NCBI GenBank assembly: GCA_963826115.1
Contig: CAWGVS010000005.1
Span: 1,504,001-1,568,000, forward strand
Length of the DNA stretch: 64,000 nucleotides
Direction: 5' to 3'
From: an uncultured Candidatus Rokubacteria bacterium
GTDB taxonomy: Bacteria; Methylomirabilota; Methylomirabilia; Rokubacteriales; DASRDR01
The notes below the pieces were generated by a model. That model searched no databases, was not told where the DNA came from, and saw only the letters and a program-made list of their open reading frames with translations. Positions 57,144-64,000 of this stretch are shown piece by piece (the stretch's first letter is position 1; each line of letters begins with the position of its first letter). Both the position numbers and the translations under genes were made by a program.

Positions 57144-59164
57144 CGGTCATCCCGGAGCTCGGCACGGCGGCTCTCGTGGCCGCGCTCGTGGTCGGCGGCC
57201 TCGGCCTGATCGCGGGCGTGCAGGCGAGCCGCGCGGGCGCGCCGGGGTGGCTCGCGACCGCGCGGCGGGCGGCGGTGGCCAACTTCCTCCTGGTGACGCT
57301 CGCCGTCGTCACGCTCGAGTACCTCCTGATCACGAGCGACTTCAGCGTGCGGTACGTCGCCAACACCAGCACGGCGGCCAGTCCGCTCCGCTACCGGATC
57401 GCCGGCCTGTGGGGGGCGCTCGAGGGCTCGATCCTCCTGTGGGAGTGGCTCCAGGCTCTGTTCGTCGTGCTCGTCGCGCGGCGCGCCGCCGCGCTGCGCC
57501 GTGAGCTCTCGGGATACGCGCTCGCCGTCCTCTTCACGGTCTCCGGGATCTTCCTGGTGATGATGACGCTGATCGCGAGCCCGTTCGAGCGGCTCGCGCA
57601 GCCCGCCCTCGAGGGCCGGGGGCTGAACCCCCTCCTCGAGGTCACCGACATGCTCGTGCACCCCTTGCTCCTCTACACGGGCTACGTCGGGTTCGTCGTG
57701 CCGTTCGCGTTCGCGATGGCGGCCCTGATCGCCGGACGCCTCGACGGCACGTGGCTCACCCTGACGCGGCGCTGGACCGTGACGGCCTGGCTCTTCCTCA
57801 CGAGCGGTATCCTCTACGGCGGCTGGTGGTCGTACCGGACGCTCGGCTGGGGCGGCTACTGGGCGTGGGACCCGGTCGAGAACGCCTCGTTCATGCCCTG
57901 GCTCATGGGGACGGCGTTCGTCCACTCGGTCATGGTCCAGGAGCGGCGGCCGATGCTCAAGATCTGGAACATGGCCCTGATCACGCTCACGTTCGCGCTG
58001 ACGATCTTCGGGACGTTCCTCACCCGGAGCGGCGTCATCTCGTCGGTCCACGCATTCGCCAGCGGCGCGATCGGCCCCTTCCTCCTCGCGTATCTCGCGG
58101 TGATCCTGCTGACCTCGCTCGCGCTTCTGGTCTGGCGGTGGGACCGGCTCGGCGAGCGCGCGGAGCTCGACGCGCTCCTGTCCCGCGAGTCGGTGTTCCT
58201 GGTGAACAACGTGCTGCTGGTGGCTTTCTGCTTCACGGTCTTCATGGGCACGATCTTCCCGCTCCTCGCCGAGGCGGTGACAGGAGCCAAGGTGTCGGTG
58301 GGGACGCCCTACTTCAACTGGGTGAGCGCGCCGATCCTGCTCGTCACGCTCTTCCTGATGGGCATGGGCCCGCTCGTGCCGTGGCAGCGCGGGTCCTGGC
58401 CAGTGCTGGGGCGCCTCCTCCGCGGGCCGGCGATCGTCGCCCTCGTTGCGAGCGTCCTCACATGGCTCGTCTTCCGCCTACCGGTCGGCCTGGTGGGTCT
58501 CGGCTACACCCTCCCCTACTTCGTCGGGGCGATCGTGCTGGGCGAGCTGTGGCGGGCGGCGCGCGGCCGACGGCGCGCGACGGGCGAGCCGTGGCCGACG
58601 GCGGTCGGCCGGCTGCTCGCGCAGAACCACCGGCGCTACGGCGGTCTCGTGGTCCACCTGGGCGTGGTCCTCGTCGCGATCGGCGTCGCGACGTCGACGG
58701 TCGGCAAGACAGAGCGCGAGGCCACCCTCCGGAAGGGCGAGACGCTCGAGCTCGGCCGGTACGCCGTCAGGTTCGACGGGCTCTCGGCGTCGGAGGAGCC
58801 GACGCATCTCCTGGTCCGGGCCGCCCTCGACGTGAGCGTGTCCGGCCGGCCCGCGGGCACCATCAGCCCGGGCCAGCGCCTCTACCCGGGCTCCAACTCG
58901 CCCTTCGCCTCCGTCGCCGTGCGGTACGGGTTCCTCCGCGACTTCTACGTGATCCTCGGCGCCTTCGACCGCCAGGGGCAGTGGGTCCAGGTCAAGGCCC
59001 AGGTGCATCCGATGGTGGCCTGGATCTGGCTCGGCGGCCTCGTGGTGATCCTGGGAGGCGGGCTGGCGCTCTGGCCCGCGGGGCGCCGCGCGTCATCCGC
59101 GGTGCCGGCGGGCGCCCGGGCCGCGATCGCGGGAGGAGCCGATGGGAGATCGGCGTCCGATTGA
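57140..59164 (+). CDS. ccmF: Heme lyase CcmF
   Basis: GLNPLL, LGWGGYWAWDPVENAS, TRSG..SVHAF. Confidence 0.96.
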   Translation: MTVIPELGTAALVAALVVGGLGLIAGVQASRAGAPGWLATARRAAVANFLLVTLAVVTLEYLLITSDFSVRYVANTSTAASPLRYRIAGLWGALEGSILLWEWLQALFVVLVARRAAALRRELSGYALAVLFTVSGIFLVMMTLIASPFERLAQPALEGRGLNPLLEVTDMLVHPLLLYTGYVGFVVPFAFAMAALIAGRLDGTWLTLTRRWTVTAWLFLTSGILYGGWWSYRTLGWGGYWAWDPVENASFMPWLMGTAFVHSVMVQERRPMLKIWNMALITLTFALTIFGTFLTRSGVISSVHAFASGAIGPFLLAYLAVILLTSLALLVWRWDRLGERAELDALLSRESVFLVNNVLLVAFCFTVFMGTIFPLLAEAVTGAKVSVGTPYFNWVSAPILLVTLFLMGMGPLVPWQRGSWPVLGRLLRGPAIVALVASVLTWLVFRLPVGLVGLGYTLPYFVGAIVLGELWRAARGRRRATGEPWPTAVGRLLAQNHRRYGGLVVHLGVVLVAIGVATSTVGKTEREATLRKGETLELGRYAVRFDGLSASEEPTHLLVRAALDVSVSGRPAGTISPGQRLYPGSNSPFASVAVRYGFLRDFYVILGAFDRQGQWVQVKAQVHPMVAWIWLGGLVVILGGGLALWPAGRRASSAVPAGARAAIAGGADGRSASD

Positions 59165-62200
<3,036 letters not shown>

Positions 62201-62214
62201 GAGGGGGCATCCCC

Positions 62215-62841
62215 ATGCTGAGGCTCGCGGTCGTCCTCCTCGCCCTCCTGGCGGCAGCCCCGGCCGCCGAGCAGGCCGCCCTGGTCGAGCGCCTGCAGCA
62301 CGGCGCCGTCGAGGAGCGGCGTGTCGCCGCCGAGCGCCTGGGAGAAATCGGCGACGACGGCGCGACCGCCGCGTTGGTCCAGGCGCTCCACGACCCCGAC
62401 GACGTCGTCCGGAGCGAGGCCCACGACTCCCTGTGGGCGATCTGGCACCGCTCCGGCGACCCGACGATCGACCGGCTCCTGGCGCAGGGTATCGCGCTCA
62501 TGCAGTCGGGCCGCGTGCCGGAGTCCATCGCCGTCTTCAGCGACGTGATCGCGCGGGCCCCCACCTTCGCGGAGGGCTGGAACAAGCGCGCGACCGCCTA
62601 CTACCTGATGGGGGACTTCGACCGCTCGCTCGCCGACTGCGAGGAGGTCGTGAAGCGCAACCCGGCTCACTTCGGCGCCCTGTCGGGCTTCGGCCTGATC
62701 TACCTCCAGAAGGACGACCTGCCGAAAGCGGCGCAGTATTTCGAGAAGGCCCTGGCCGTCGACCCCACCCTCGCGCAGGTGGAAGCCGCCCTGAACGAGA
62801 TCCGCGAGGTCCTCCGGAAGCGCGGCGGGCAGACCATCTGA
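62215..62841 (+). CDS. Exported HEAT + TPR repeat protein
   Basis: Signal peptide, HEAT repeat (AAERLGEIG...ALHDPD..VR), TPRs (FAEGWNKRA, HFGALSG.G). Confidence 0.85.
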   Translation: MLRLAVVLLALLAAAPAAEQAALVERLQHGAVEERRVAAERLGEIGDDGATAALVQALHDPDDVVRSEAHDSLWAIWHRSGDPTIDRLLAQGIALMQSGRVPESIAVFSDVIARAPTFAEGWNKRATAYYLMGDFDRSLADCEEVVKRNPAHFGALSGFGLIYLQKDDLPKAAQYFEKALAVDPTLAQVEAALNEIREVLRKRGGQTI

Positions 62842-62886
62842 CACCGAGCCCCACGAGACAACCCTCGACACACCAACGGAGGACCC

Positions 62887-63582
62887 ATGACCCCGCTCGA
62901 TCCCCAAGTCCTGGCTGAGCTCGCCCGCATCTCCTCGCCGACGATCGCGAACGCGATCGAGACCTTCAACGTGAAGCCCTGGAACACGGGATTCGTGTCC
63001 TCCGACATCGTGTGCCGCTTCCCGAAGATGCCGGCCATGGTCGGGTACGCGGTGACCGCCCTCATCCGCGCGGAGCCCCAGCCGGTCGAGGGCCACCGCG
63101 CCAACGAGTTCGCCTGGTGGGAGCACGTCGCCGCGAGCCCGGGCCCCCGGGTCATCGTGATGCACGACATCGACGAGCCGCGCGGTCAGGGAGCCTACTG
63201 GGGCGAGGTGCAGGCCAACATCCACAAGGCGCTCGGATGCCTCGGGGTGGTGACCGACGGGACCGTGCGTGACCTGCCGGAGGCCGAGGCCGCCGGGTTC
63301 CACTTCTTCTCGGCTCACGTGTCGGTCTCCCACGCGTACGTCCACATGGTGGACTTCGGCGCGCCGGTCAAGGTCGGCGGGCTGTGGATCCGCCCCGGAG
63401 ATCTCCTCCACGGCGACCAGCACGGCGTGGTGGTGGTGCCGCCCGAGATCGCGGCGAAGATCCCGGAGGCCGCGGCCCGCATCGAGGCCCGCGAGCGGAA
63501 GATGATCGCCGTCTGCCAGAAGCCCGGCGTGACGGTGGAGGAGCTGAAGGCCGCCCGTACCGCGATGCGGCAGTCCTACTGA
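62887..63582 (+). CDS. RraA/HMG aldolase family protein
   Basis: MVGYAVT, AYWGE, VTDGTVRD, PGDLLHGDQHGVV. Confidence 0.9.
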   Translation: MTPLDPQVLAELARISSPTIANAIETFNVKPWNTGFVSSDIVCRFPKMPAMVGYAVTALIRAEPQPVEGHRANEFAWWEHVAASPGPRVIVMHDIDEPRGQGAYWGEVQANIHKALGCLGVVTDGTVRDLPEAEAAGFHFFSAHVSVSHAYVHMVDFGAPVKVGGLWIRPGDLLHGDQHGVVVVPPEIAAKIPEAAARIEARERKMIAVCQKPGVTVEELKAARTAMRQSY

Positions 63583-63585
63583 GCC

Positions 63586-64000
63586 ATGGCGGCGGGGCGG
63601 CCGCCCAGCTTCTTCGAGACGGTCAACCTCCACTTCGAGCGGGCGGCCGCCCTCACCGACTATCCGCGGGGTCTCCTCGACCAGATCAAGGCCTGCAACA
63701 GCGTCTACGCGTTCCAGTTCCCGGTGCGGACCCGCCGGGGGTACGAGGTGATCTCGGGGTGGCGCGCCCAGCACAGCCACCACCGCCTGCCGGTGAAGGG
63801 CGGCATCCGGTACGCGGCCGAGGTCAACGAGGACGAGGTGAAGGCCCTCGCGGCGCTGATGACCTACAAGTGCGCCATCGTCGACGTGCCCTTCGGCGGC
63901 GCCAAGGGCGGGATCAAGATCGACGCCAAGCAGTACGACGCCGACGAGATGGAGCGCATCACGCGGCGCTACACGGCCGAGCTGATCAAGAAGAACTTCA
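63586..64000 (+). CDS. Glu/Leu/Phe/Val dehydrogenase, probably glutamate dehydrogenase (partial)
   Basis: Manual translation: [18 protein letters not shown]...[18 protein letters not shown]. Confidence 0.92.
   Translation, partial: MAAGRPPSFFETVNLHFERAAALTDYPRGLLDQIKACNSVYAFQFPVRTRRGYEVISGWRAQHSHHRLPVKGGIRYAAEVNEDEVKALAALMTYKCAIVDVPFGGAKGGIKIDAKQYDADEMERITRRYTAELIKKNF

Overview
Very GC-rich bacterial chromosomal window with about 55 CDS. Gene content and style suggest Ca. Rokubacteria/Methylomirabilota (inference only). No rRNA, tRNA, CRISPR array, transposase or integrase was seen. Housekeeping blocks: yceD-rpmF-plsX-fabD-fabG-acpP-fabF-rnc-like-M50 protease, htpX, a System I cytochrome c maturation cluster split by a glgC/glgB/transglutaminase-TPR block, ligA and a partial glutamate dehydrogenase. 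Accessory blocks: two acyl-CoA dehydrogenases, a PAS-GGDEF-EAL gene behind a sigma54-type promoter, DUF1326/DUF2182, amino-acid catabolism genes, an EmrAB-type pump with TetR, and a WecE/WecD/GT2/GT-C glycosylation cluster. The best novelty candidate is a lower-GC island at 27.4-29.0 kb. It holds a tandemly duplicated two-gene module (small Ser-rich lipoprotein plus secreted Cys-containing beta-rich protein) with a conserved ~56-nt leader and a sigma70-type promoter whose spacer contains a perfect 12-bp palindrome. Other oddities: an RNase III lacking its dsRBD with Mini-III-like active-site residues and no canonical start codon, a CxxxC CcmG/TlpA, many apparent leaderless genes, two REP-like palindromes, and an 11-bp inverted repeat bracketing the yceD/htpX divergent promoters.
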